This document shows positions 8,759 to 17,129 of a DNA stretch of 64,000 bases, one piece after another; position 1 is the stretch's first letter, and each line of letters starts with the position of its first letter. The position numbers and the translations under genes were made by a program. The notes beneath the pieces were generated by a model. It searched no databases, was not told where the DNA came from, and saw nothing but the letters and a program-made list of their open reading frames with translations. The DNA comes from an uncultured bacterium (GTDB taxonomy: Bacteria; Planctomycetota; Phycisphaerae; UBA1845): the NCBI GenBank assembly GCA_965371245.1, contig CBDUXT010000006.1, forward strand, positions 20,118 to 84,117, given 5' to 3'.

Positions 8759-11719
8759 ATGACCTCGCCGCACACCCTACACTCCGCCGCGAGCCATTGG
8801 CAGGTGCAGGTCCGTCCGCGGAGCGCCACACTCGACGGACACGGACGGGCCGTACTGGCCGACGTACGTCAGATCGGCCTGGACCACGTCGAGGGCATAC
8901 GATCGAGCCGTGTCTATCTGCTGGCGGGTCGGTTGACCGAGGACGACGTCGGACTTCTCGCCCACGCGCTTCTTAGCGACCCCGTGGCCGAGGTGTTTGA
9001 TATCGGTCGGGGCTTTTCCACCCGCGAAGGGACTCATCCGGCCGTCGAGGTACACGCCCTTCCGGGGGTGATGAACCCCGTGGCGATGAGCGCTCACGAG
9101 GCCATCGAGCGACTACTGTCCGCGCGGGGGTCATCGAACGCTCGAATCGATGCGGTCCAGACGGCACGACGTTATGAGGTCATAGGGGCGGGCGCCGTGA
9201 GTGAGTTGGAGCGCATCGCGGCTGAGGTCGTGGCAAACGGCTGCATCGAAACGTGCTACATCGAGGGGTTCGGTCGGCGCGACCCCATTCCCGACGAGTT
9301 CCCGACCCCACCGAGTAAACCCTTCTCGCTTCGCAACGTGCCGATTCGCGAGATGCAGGACGATGCCCTGGCGAAGCTCTCGCGCAGCGGGCACCTGTTT
9401 CTCTCGATGGGGGAGATGCAGACCATCCGCGATCATTTCGTCGCACTCGGGCGCGATCCGACCGACCTGGAACTCGAGACCCTCGCTCAAACCTGGTCCG
9501 AGCATTGCGTCCACAAAACGCTCAAGAGCGCGTTCGACTACTCGGGCGACGACTTCGGCCGACCGGGACGGGTCGAGGTTGGGTTTGACAACCTGCTGAA
9601 GGAAACGATCGTCGCGGCCACCGAAGGGCTCAACCGCGACTGGTGCCTTTCCGTCTTCGTGGACAACGCGGGCGTGATTGCATTCGACGATGAGCTGGGT
9701 CTGGCGTTCAAGGCGGAGACGCACAACCATCCGTCGGCCATCGAACCGTACGGCGGCGCGGCCACCGGCATCGGCGGGTGCATCCGCGACATCATGGGTT
9801 GTGGCTTGGGGGCCAAGCCGATCGCCTCGACGGACGTGTTCTGCCTGGCGCCGCCGGACTTCGACGCCGCGCGCCTGCCCAAAGACGTGCTGCACCCTCG
9901 GCGCGTGCTCAAGGGAGTCGTGGGCGGCGTTCGCGACTACGGCAACCGCATGGGGATCCCCACGGTCAACGGCGCGATCTACTTTGACGAGCGATATCTG
10001 GCCAACCCGTTGGTTTTTTGCGGCTGCATCGGTTTGATCCCGCGCGACAAGATCGACAAGGCGCCGCGCTCGGGCGATCTGATCGTGGTCGCCGGCGGGC
10101 GAACCGGTCGAGACGGCATCCACGGCGCGACGTTCTCCTCGGCCGAACTTACCGATACGCACGCCGACGAGTTCTCCCACGCCGTCCAGATCGGTCACGC
10201 GATCGAAGAAAAAAAGGTTCTCGATGCGCAGCTTCTAGCACGCGATCATCCCAGCGGCTGCCTCTACTCCGCCGTGACGGACTGCGGCGCCGGTGGGCTC
10301 AGCAGCGCGATCGGCGAGATGGGCGAACACATCGGCGCCCTCGTCGATCTGGAGAAGGTGCCTCTTAAGTACAGCGGCCTGCGGTACGACGAGATCTGGA
10401 TATCAGAAGCGCAGGAGCGAATGGTTTTTTCCGTCGCGCCGGACCGACTGGAGACGTTGTTGACTCTGTTTGCCGCGGAAGAGGTCGAGGCCACCGTCAT
10501 CGGACGCTTCAGCGACGACCAAGTCCTTCACCTCCGCTTCCAAGGCGAAACCGTCGGCAAGCTGGACATGTCCTTCCTGCACGAAGGCTTTCCTCGACAA
10601 CGGCTCAAGGCGAGCTGGACGGCCAGGCCCGCGACGGAACCCCTGCCCGGTCAGCACGATAAGGGCGGAACCTGCCCTGACCCCAACGCGCGGCTGCTGT
10701 CATCGCTGGGTTCGCTGAACACGGCCTCGAAGGAATGGGTGATTCGCCAGTACGACCACGAAGTTCAAGGGCGCAGTGTCATCAAGCCGCTGTCCGGTCC
10801 GGGTTGTGGTCCATCGGACGCGGCCGTCCTGCGACCGCGGTACGACTCCGATCGGGGTGTGGCCGTCGGCTGCGGGCTGTGCCCGGAGCTGGGCGATGTC
10901 GATCCTTATGCGATGGCCGTCGCGGCGGTGGATGAGGCGTTTCGCAACGTCATCTGCGTCGGCGCCAGCCCCGACCGGGTCGCGATCCTGGACAACTTCT
11001 GCTGGCCCAAGGTCGATAACGAGGAATCGCTCGGGGCTCTGGTGCGAACATGCCGCGGTGCCTACGACGTGGCCATGGCGTTCGGGCTGCCGTTCATCTC
11101 CGGCAAAGACTCGCTGAACAACGAGTTTACGATGAGTAAGGCGGAGGCCGGACGTACCGGTCTACCCGAACGAATCGCGATTCCCTACACATTGCTGGTC
11201 AGCGCCGTGGGCATCGTTCATGACGTTGGGCGATGCGTCTCCTCGGATCTCAAAGCGCCGGATCATGCGTTGGTGCTCGCCTCGGCCCCGGTGATCCATT
11301 TTCCCAAAGTCAACGACGCCAGGGTTCCCATCGTCCAAACGTCGTTCGAGACAGCCCTGGCGATGCACCAACGTGTGGCCGGGCTGATCGGTGCGGGTAA
11401 GGTGTTCGCCGCGCACGACATCAGTGACGGCGGCTTGACAGTGGCACTGGCGGAGATGTGCATCGCAAGCGGGTTGGGCGCCACGGTTGACATCACGAGT
11501 GAGGCGTTCGCCGGATGCGTGTTTTCTTCCGTGACCACGACCTATCTTCTGGAGATGGACGCCGACGACGCGCGGGCGACGGGCTTGCCCGTCATCGGCC
11601 ACGTCACAAGTGAGCCGCGGCTACGACTCGCGCGGAACGGTCGTCCGCGGATCGACCTTGCCGTTGCGGATGCGGCCGAGGCGTGGCGGGCGCCGTTGGC
11701 AGCCGGCGGAGGACATTAA
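8759..11719 (+). CDS. purL: Phosphoribosylformylglycinamidine synthase subunit PurL with N-terminal PurS-like extension
   Basis: 986 aa. PurL motifs LAQTWSEHCVHKT, ETHNHPSAIEPYGGAATGIGG and two AIR-synthase-like halves. These begin about 200 aa later than in stand-alone PurL. The extension contains a PurS-like segment VQVRPRSATLDGHGRAVLADVRQIGL..VEGIRSSRVYLL. Confidence 0.9.
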   Translation: MTSPHTLHSAASHWQVQVRPRSATLDGHGRAVLADVRQIGLDHVEGIRSSRVYLLAGRLTEDDVGLLAHALLSDPVAEVFDIGRGFSTREGTHPAVEVHALPGVMNPVAMSAHEAIERLLSARGSSNARIDAVQTARRYEVIGAGAVSELERIAAEVVANGCIETCYIEGFGRRDPIPDEFPTPPSKPFSLRNVPIREMQDDALAKLSRSGHLFLSMGEMQTIRDHFVALGRDPTDLELETLAQTWSEHCVHKTLKSAFDYSGDDFGRPGRVEVGFDNLLKETIVAATEGLNRDWCLSVFVDNAGVIAFDDELGLAFKAETHNHPSAIEPYGGAATGIGGCIRDIMGCGLGAKPIASTDVFCLAPPDFDAARLPKDVLHPRRVLKGVVGGVRDYGNRMGIPTVNGAIYFDERYLANPLVFCGCIGLIPRDKIDKAPRSGDLIVVAGGRTGRDGIHGATFSSAELTDTHADEFSHAVQIGHAIEEKKVLDAQLLARDHPSGCLYSAVTDCGAGGLSSAIGEMGEHIGALVDLEKVPLKYSGLRYDEIWISEAQERMVFSVAPDRLETLLTLFAAEEVEATVIGRFSDDQVLHLRFQGETVGKLDMSFLHEGFPRQRLKASWTARPATEPLPGQHDKGGTCPDPNARLLSSLGSLNTASKEWVIRQYDHEVQGRSVIKPLSGPGCGPSDAAVLRPRYDSDRGVAVGCGLCPELGDVDPYAMAVAAVDEAFRNVICVGASPDRVAILDNFCWPKVDNEESLGALVRTCRGAYDVAMAFGLPFISGKDSLNNEFTMSKAEAGRTGLPERIAIPYTLLVSAVGIVHDVGRCVSSDLKAPDHALVLASAPVIHFPKVNDARVPIVQTSFETALAMHQRVAGLIGAGKVFAAHDISDGGLTVALAEMCIASGLGATVDITSEAFAGCVFSSVTTTYLLEMDADDARATGLPVIGHVTSEPRLRLARNGRPRIDLAVADAAEAWRAPLAAGGGH

Positions 11720-11721
11720 CC

Positions 11722-12522
11722 GTGGCACGGGTACGGGTTCTGGTCTTGCGGGCGGCGGGCATCAACTGTGACGAAGAGGTGATGCATTGCTGGCGCACGG
11801 CCGGCGCGCTACCCGAACTCGTCCACATCAACGCGGTGGCCGACAAACCCTCGCTGATCGACGACTTTCAGATCGTCACCATTCCCGGCGGCTTCAGCTA
11901 TGGCGACGACATCGCTGCGGGCGTGATCCTGGCGCAGCGCGTCGTCCACGATCTGGATGAGGCCTTGCGCCGGCTGGTGGAGCGCGGCGGCGGCGTGCTC
12001 GGCATCTGCAACGGCTTCCAGGTGCTGGTGAAGATGGGCTTGCTGCCCGGGGGGGCTGCGGGCCGCGATCAGGTCACCGTAACCTACAACGACTCGGCCC
12101 GTTTCGAGGCCCGCTGGGTACGCTTGGCCGTTGGCACCGACCAATGTCCGTTCCTCCCCTCGACCGAATCCGGCGAACGGCACGCGGCGCCAATCTGTCT
12201 GGAAATGCCCGTCGAACATGCCGAGGGAAAGGTCGTCGTCGCCAGTGCCTCGGTGATGACACAACTCAGCGACGCCGGTCAGATCGCCGTACGCTATGTA
12301 GACGCGGCGGGCAACCCCGGCGCCTACCCGGAAAACCCGAACGGTAGCGACGGCGGCATCGCCGGACTGTGCGACCCCACGGGCCGCATCTTCGGGCTGA
12401 TGCCCCACCCCGACCGCGCGTTCGCCCACACCCACCACCCCGAGTGGACGCGCCGCAACCCGGATGGTCCGCCGGACGGCCTGGGCGTGTTTCTAAACGC
12501 CGTGGCACATTGGTCGGCGTAG
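11722..12522 (+). CDS. purQ: Phosphoribosylformylglycinamidine synthase glutaminase subunit PurQ
   Basis: GTG at 11722 lies 2 nt after the purL stop (in frame with track ORF 11683). Motifs VRVLVLRAAGINCDEE, GGFSYGDD, GICNGFQVL (nucleophile Cys) and MPHPDRAF. Confidence 0.85.
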   Translation: MARVRVLVLRAAGINCDEEVMHCWRTAGALPELVHINAVADKPSLIDDFQIVTIPGGFSYGDDIAAGVILAQRVVHDLDEALRRLVERGGGVLGICNGFQVLVKMGLLPGGAAGRDQVTVTYNDSARFEARWVRLAVGTDQCPFLPSTESGERHAAPICLEMPVEHAEGKVVVASASVMTQLSDAGQIAVRYVDAAGNPGAYPENPNGSDGGIAGLCDPTGRIFGLMPHPDRAFAHTHHPEWTRRNPDGPPDGLGVFLNAVAHWSA

Positions 12523-12575
12523 CAACGCGCTGGAGAGTCGTCACATCACCGTGGGGTTGATCCGGTGTCGATCGA

Positions 12576-12839
12576 TTACGTTTCCCGGTCGCCGGATCCG
12601 CACCGCATCGCCCGGATCGCGCCGACACTCGAGAACGTTGAGACCAGGTACGGAACGGCCGCCGTCGCGGCCATCTTGATCAGCCGCGTCGATGTAATGT
12701 CGCCGGCCCAAACCGCGTCCCCGTGATTGATAAGAATCAGGACCGTGCCCACAATGACCGCAAAGCAAAGCGCCCGCCGCACGACGGGCGGCTCGAAGGC
12801 AATCTCCATCCAATCGGTCAGCTTCGTTGCGTTGCTCAT
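12576..12839 (-). CDS. Small membrane protein, NrtS-like (putative nitrate/nitrite transporter family)
   Basis: Last 87 codons of the 309-aa track ORF (ATG = cat 12837-12839). MSNATKLTDWMEIAFEPPVVRRALCFAVIVGTVLILINHGDAV...AVPYLVSTFSSVGA matches my memory of the NrtS family. The upstream part of the long ORF is antisense to the aminotransferase. Confidence 0.55.
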   Translation of the reverse strand: MSNATKLTDWMEIAFEPPVVRRALCFAVIVGTVLILINHGDAVWAGDITSTRLIKMAATAAVPYLVSTFSSVGAIRAMRCGSGDRET

Positions 12840-12892
12840 GGTCTGATCATCCGTTGGATTTGAGCGCATCGGCCGAGGCGTTGTGCGCTGTC

Positions 12893-14050
12893 TTATCTTG
12901 CCGGGAGCGCCTCGGAAAAACGGTCTCGCAGCTCGCGCAGGCGCTCGACCGGCTCGTTGCTGAAGACCAAACGCACGAATCGGTCGCCGTGTTCCTCGCC
13001 CCAGTCGCGCATGGGCGTGGCCGCCACCCGCCCTTTCTCCAGCAGCAGTTCGGAGGCAGAGAACGAATCGTAGCCCATGCTTCCCACGTCGAGCAACATC
13101 GACCACCCGCCGCGTGCGGGAATGATCGGATAGCCGGCCAACTCTTCGAGCACGACATCGCGCCGCATCTTCCAAGTATGGATGCACGCGTCCAGGTCGG
13201 AGACGGGTGTCTCCAACGCCGCACAGGCGCCGGCCTGGGCGATGCCGGTCGGCGTGACCACGTTGTAGAGACGGACTCTGGCGATGTCGGCCATGACGGT
13301 CTCGTGGCCGGCGACCCATCCGACGCGCCAGCCGATCATCCGGTATTCCTTGGACATGGAGCCGACGATGATGGTGCGCTCGACCATGCCTGGTAGCCGG
13401 GCGGGATGGATGAGCGGCGTGTCGTCGTAGAGGATGCGCTCCATCGCGGCGTTGTAGATCAGCCACAGGTTGTGCCGCGCGCAGAGCTGCGCAACCGCCT
13501 CCCACTCCTGGTGATTCATCACGGCGCCCGAGGGCATGGAGGGGTTCATGATGAGCATGGCCCGTGTTTGGGGTGTGACGACGTCGTGCAACGCCTCGAG
13601 ATCAAGCCGCCGGCTTCCGCCCTCCTCGCGAAACGGGACGAACTGCGGTGACCCGCCGCAAAGACGCACCCGGTTGATCATCCCCGCATAGGTCGGGTCG
13701 GTGAGAATCACCTCGTCGCCGGGATCGGTCGTCGCCAACAACGCGTCGAACAGGCCCTCCGTGCCGCCGCATGTGATGACCACTTCCGTGTCCGCGCTGT
13801 ACTCGTACCCGGCCGTCACCGACAGCTTTCGCGCAATGATCCCGCGAAGCTCGCGGCTGCCGGCAAAGGGCAGATAGCTGTTGGCCGATCTGGTTCCGAC
13901 GGCGGACTTGGTTGCGGCGATCGCCCCGGGCGGCGGTGGAAGGTCGGTGTCGAGGCTCTCGAGGCGCAGGACGGCTGGATCACCGCCGGCCGCCGCAGCG
14001 ACCTTGTCGATGGCGAGCCCCGAAATGCAGTCCAGTCTCTTGACGCTCAT
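12893..14050 (-). CDS. Class I/II PLP-dependent aminotransferase
   Basis: 385 aa. Motifs YLPFAGSRELR, ITCGGTEGLF, DPTYAGM, NPSMPSG and the PLP-lysine region VGSMSKEYRMIGWRVGW. Confidence 0.9.
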   Translation of the reverse strand: MSVKRLDCISGLAIDKVAAAAGGDPAVLRLESLDTDLPPPPGAIAATKSAVGTRSANSYLPFAGSRELRGIIARKLSVTAGYEYSADTEVVITCGGTEGLFDALLATTDPGDEVILTDPTYAGMINRVRLCGGSPQFVPFREEGGSRRLDLEALHDVVTPQTRAMLIMNPSMPSGAVMNHQEWEAVAQLCARHNLWLIYNAAMERILYDDTPLIHPARLPGMVERTIIVGSMSKEYRMIGWRVGWVAGHETVMADIARVRLYNVVTPTGIAQAGACAALETPVSDLDACIHTWKMRRDVVLEELAGYPIIPARGGWSMLLDVGSMGYDSFSASELLLEKGRVAATPMRDWGEEHGDRFVRLVFSNEPVERLRELRDRFSEALPAR

Positions 14051-14444
14051 GCGATCGTTTGGTGCACAACCTTTGCGAAGCAGCGATACGGCGGCTCAGA
14101 CGCCGCGCAATCTATCTTCCCCCTTCGCCAATGTCGATCCGTTTCGCGAGCACCTGCGGGGACGGGTGCGGGACAGAATCGGCGACGTTCAAAAACGTAG
14201 GGCAGGTCGTTGTTCCGCGTAAGCGCAACGTTGACCTGTCATGGGGCGAGGCAGGTGAACCCCCCGGCATAACTGGGAGAACCACCTGCCCTACCTTGAA
14301 GCCGCCCAAAGTATCATGCACCGTACGGTACGGGGACAGGCGTGTGACGGAATTGGCGCCCACTGTTTCCAGCGATGGGGCACGGACGAGACCGTGGAAC
14401 CGTCAGCTGGTCAATCCATTCCCCACCTTTGCTTCGCAAGAATT

Positions 14445-14510
14445 GGGCAGCCACGCGGCTGCGGCTCTGACTCGATCTACCCGTCCTACCGGAAGTGTCA
14501 CGGACCCTAC
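14445..14510 (-). repeat. Family 1 repeat, copy E (3' flank of truD)
   Basis: Reverse complement reads GTCCGTGACACTTCCGG...GAGTCAGAGCC plus hairpin GCAGCC-gcgt-GGCTGC. It shares the CCGGAAGTGTCACGGACC block with 29742-29760. Confidence 0.7.
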
Positions 14511-14551
14511 CGAGACCTGTTTGGTTCCCGACACCCCGCCGGACGGTGGCT

Positions 14552-15790
14552 CTAACGCTCGGACTTACAAACCTCGCGCGTCACGCTGGTGGCGTATGAA
14601 CCGGGCGGAAGTGAGAACGAAAGCTGCACGAACGACCCGCGCTCGTCGGTTCCCACGTCGGTGCAGGCCTCGGCGAGCGGAACACGCAGCGGGCGGCGGG
14701 CGCCGTCCATCCGGCCTACTCCCTGGGCCTGAGGTTGCTCGCTAGTAAGCCCGGACGCGGCAAACACCTCTTGTTCCATCTGCCGCGGCGCGCCGCCTGG
14801 CTCTTTCATTTTTCGCCCGAACAGCGGTCCGGTGGGCGAGATTTCGAAGTCGTCGCAACGCGGTTGCTCGACGGCCGCATCCTCGACGGCGAAACAGGCC
14901 CCGTTCGCATGCTTCCAGGCCACGTCCCCGTCAAAGAGGCGGTTGATCGACTCGATCCGCGCGGCGAGCACGCGGTTGAACAGCTCGCTCTGCACGGCCG
15001 AGATGTAGAGCTTCCTCAAGGAGTGATCGACGGCCCGCCATGCCACTTTGGTGTCACCCTTCGCGGCGATCAGAGCTCGGCAGACCTTTCCGGGACCCGG
15101 CAAGCGCCGTGGCCAGGCGGCGGCCGCGCCCGCGAGATCGCCCGCGTCGAACAATTCCCTCGCGCGACGGGCCTCTCCCCGGTCGCTTTCACCCGGACGA
15201 CCGAGCATCAGCGCGATAGCCTCGTTGAAGTTACCGTGAAGCACAGCGCGCCCGACGGCCGCGTTGTCGCCGCGAGCCCCGAACCGCTGCGGGCCGAAGT
15301 AATTCGGCACACCCCGCTTCGAAAGCACCTCCACGATCTGATGCACCCGCTCGCTCGCCGCACACGCGGCATCGCGCACCTTGATAACGAATCGGTTCCC
15401 GGCCAGGTGCCCCAGCTTGAGCTTGTTGGTGTGGCGGCTCAGAGAAAGAACGCTGATCCCCGCGAGTTTCATCGCCTCGATCTTCCCACGCTCGACGTGC
15501 TCGATGCTGAGCGTTTGCCGGGTGACTCCGTGCGCATCCTTGAGCCCGGCGTATCCGACATCGCGCCGCTCTTTGCCAAGGGCTCGGGCGATGGCGGAGA
15601 TGGCGGCATGCGTCGTCAGCCCGCGCTTCTCGATCACCAGATAGGCGTGGGTGCCGGCGCCCGACGGAGCATAGCGCGGAATCTCCTCGACGAGAAAATC
15701 CTCGTCATGGCGTTTGATGACGCCTCCGACGCCGGGCAGGTCGGCCGTCAAGAATGGCAGGCTTGATGCTTCGGTGCCGAGCGTCTCCAT
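14552..15790 (-). CDS. truD: tRNA pseudouridine(13) synthase TruD
   Basis: Start taken at METLGTEAS (cat 15788-15790). Motifs IKRHDEDFLVEEIP, THAYLVIEKRGLTT, GYAGLKDAHGVTRQ and PNYFGPQRFG. Confidence 0.85.
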   Translation of the reverse strand: METLGTEASSLPFLTADLPGVGGVIKRHDEDFLVEEIPRYAPSGAGTHAYLVIEKRGLTTHAAISAIARALGKERRDVGYAGLKDAHGVTRQTLSIEHVERGKIEAMKLAGISVLSLSRHTNKLKLGHLAGNRFVIKVRDAACAASERVHQIVEVLSKRGVPNYFGPQRFGARGDNAAVGRAVLHGNFNEAIALMLGRPGESDRGEARRARELFDAGDLAGAAAAWPRRLPGPGKVCRALIAAKGDTKVAWRAVDHSLRKLYISAVQSELFNRVLAARIESINRLFDGDVAWKHANGACFAVEDAAVEQPRCDDFEISPTGPLFGRKMKEPGGAPRQMEQEVFAASGLTSEQPQAQGVGRMDGARRPLRVPLAEACTDVGTDERGSFVQLSFSLPPGSYATSVTREVCKSER

Positions 15791-15902
15791 GCCGCGCAAT
15801 GTACAGGGCGTGCGTCGCCGACAACAGCACACCACCCACCGTCATTGGTTTGGAAGCCGTTCTTGTAGCTTCTACAGCGAAGGTTTTCGTAGGCCCGCGA
15901 CT

Positions 15903-16784
15903 CTATTCCGACAGGAGGAGACGGTCGTGAACCACCTCCTCTTCCAAGGTCCGCCCGCCCATTTGGAAGCGGCGAAGCATCGACCGTCCGACGTGGATGA
16001 AGACCTCGCGTTTAAAGAGCCCGTCAGGGATGGGAAGCTCACAGACGGTCGCTCCAGAACGCTTTTTCCCATCGATGCTTAACGCGACAAGGACGCCGCG
16101 ACGGCTACACCGCTCGATGACTTCGAAAAGATGCCCTAGGCTAAAGTCTTGAGCCCCGTAAAGGATGGCCTGGCTGTGACTGTATGGTGGGTCGCAGTAC
16201 ACGAGGTCACCGGGGCGGGCCTCGTCCATCGCCTCTTCGAACTCAAGCCGTCGGAAACTGGTCCCGTGTACTCGACTGCGCCACTCGTCTACCCGCTTCG
16301 CAAACGCCTCTGGCGAGATCGGCTGATGAGCTCCGCACGGCGTAGACATGCACCCGTCCTGTTTCCGAAAGCGAACCACACCACCGTACGCTGCCCGGCA
16401 AAGGAAAAGCAGGTCCGCTCCGTTCGGAGCGCGGTTGTACGAGGCCTTAATTTTTTCGTACACAGCGACCTTGTCGTCCGCGACCATTCGATTCCAACGG
16501 ACCGTATACCACGACTTCAGCGTCTCCGGCTCTGCACGCAGCGTCGTCCATATTTCCATCAACGGCACGAACGAATCGCTAGCGAAGGCTCGGTTTGGAG
16601 CAAGCGTCGCAAGCACGGCCCCGCTGCCAACAAACGGCTCGTGATACGCTCCGAATTCCGCCGGGAAGTACGAGAGGATTTCTTCCGCCATGCGCTGCTT
16701 GTTGCCGATCCATTTGAGCAGTTGTCCCTTCGGCCGCTTCGCGGTAAGAAGCGGCGAGTCAAACAAGCTTCCTTGCAATTCCAT
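15903..16784 (-). CDS. Dam-family (D12 class) N6-adenine DNA methyltransferase, R-M system 1
   Basis: 293 aa. Motifs LKWIGNKQRM, HEPFVGSGAV (AdoMet motif) and VYCDPPYSHSQ (DPPY catalytic motif). Divergent from a C-protein plus nuclease pair. Confidence 0.85.
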   Translation of the reverse strand: MELQGSLFDSPLLTAKRPKGQLLKWIGNKQRMAEEILSYFPAEFGAYHEPFVGSGAVLATLAPNRAFASDSFVPLMEIWTTLRAEPETLKSWYTVRWNRMVADDKVAVYEKIKASYNRAPNGADLLFLCRAAYGGVVRFRKQDGCMSTPCGAHQPISPEAFAKRVDEWRSRVHGTSFRRLEFEEAMDEARPGDLVYCDPPYSHSQAILYGAQDFSLGHLFEVIERCSRRGVLVALSIDGKKRSGATVCELPIPDGLFKREVFIHVGRSMLRRFQMGGRTLEEEVVHDRLLLSE

Positions 16785-16833
16785 CCTTCAACCGTCCCTC
16801 GACCAGTTCAGTGCTCACACGCCCATCGCCGAT

Positions 16834-16873
16834 GGATCATATCCCGAAACGGGATATTCGCAAGTGGGATATA
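16834..16873. promoter_or_regulatory. Candidate C-box operator of R-M system 1
   Basis: ATATCCC (16839-16845) - GAAAC - GGGATAT (16851-16857) is a perfect inverted repeat. A third GGGATAT lies at 16867-16873. An overlapping GGAT-cat-ATCC palindrome contains GATC (16835-16838). The site lies 14-50 nt upstream of the C gene ATG. Confidence 0.4.
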
Positions 16874-16886
16874 GCCTCCGGCTCCA

Positions 16887-17129
16887 ATGGACAAGACCGT
16901 CTTTTCCGCTTTGCAGGTACGGCTCCGCACCGTCCTCCGAGACTTGAGAAACGAGGCGGGCCTCCGCCAAGTCGATCTTGCAGCCAAACTGGAAGAGCCG
17001 CAGTCTTTCGTAAGCAAGTACGAAAGCGGCGAACGACGCCTCGACTTCGTCGAGGTCGTCGAAATCTGCAAGGCTCTCGGCATTACGCTACACGAATTCG
17101 TCCGCCGGTTCGAGGCGTCCACTCGATGA
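16887..17129 (+). CDS. Controller (C) protein, XRE-family HTH regulator of R-M system 1
   Basis: 80 aa. LRDLRNEAGLRQVDLAAKLEEPQSFVSKYESGERRLDFVE is a classic Cro/C1 HTH. Its stop overlaps the next start (ATGA at 17126-17129). Confidence 0.8.
   Translation: MDKTVFSALQVRLRTVLRDLRNEAGLRQVDLAAKLEEPQSFVSKYESGERRLDFVEVVEICKALGITLHEFVRRFEASTR

Noticed and set aside
8583-8831. N-terminal 83 codons of the 479-aa FIST ORF
   Set aside because: This extension would overlap the purL start and has an Arg/Ser/Ala-rich shadow composition. The internal Met (8582) begins the recognisable FIST domain.
12840-13505. Upstream two-thirds of the 309-aa minus ORF
   Set aside because: It overlaps the aminotransferase gene in another frame and is Arg/Gly/His-rich. 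Only the last 87 codons were kept.
14197-14294. Tested as SRP (4.5S) RNA or tRNA because of GGTTCTCCC on the minus strand
   Set aside because: It lacks the conserved domain IV internal loops and the GGAA tetraloop context of SRP RNA, and it has no tRNA arms. It is kept only as a generic structured-region observation.
16811-17125. N-terminal 105 codons of the 392-aa ORF
   Set aside because: It overlaps the C-protein gene in a different frame. The ATGA-coupled Met at 17126 is the more plausible nuclease start.
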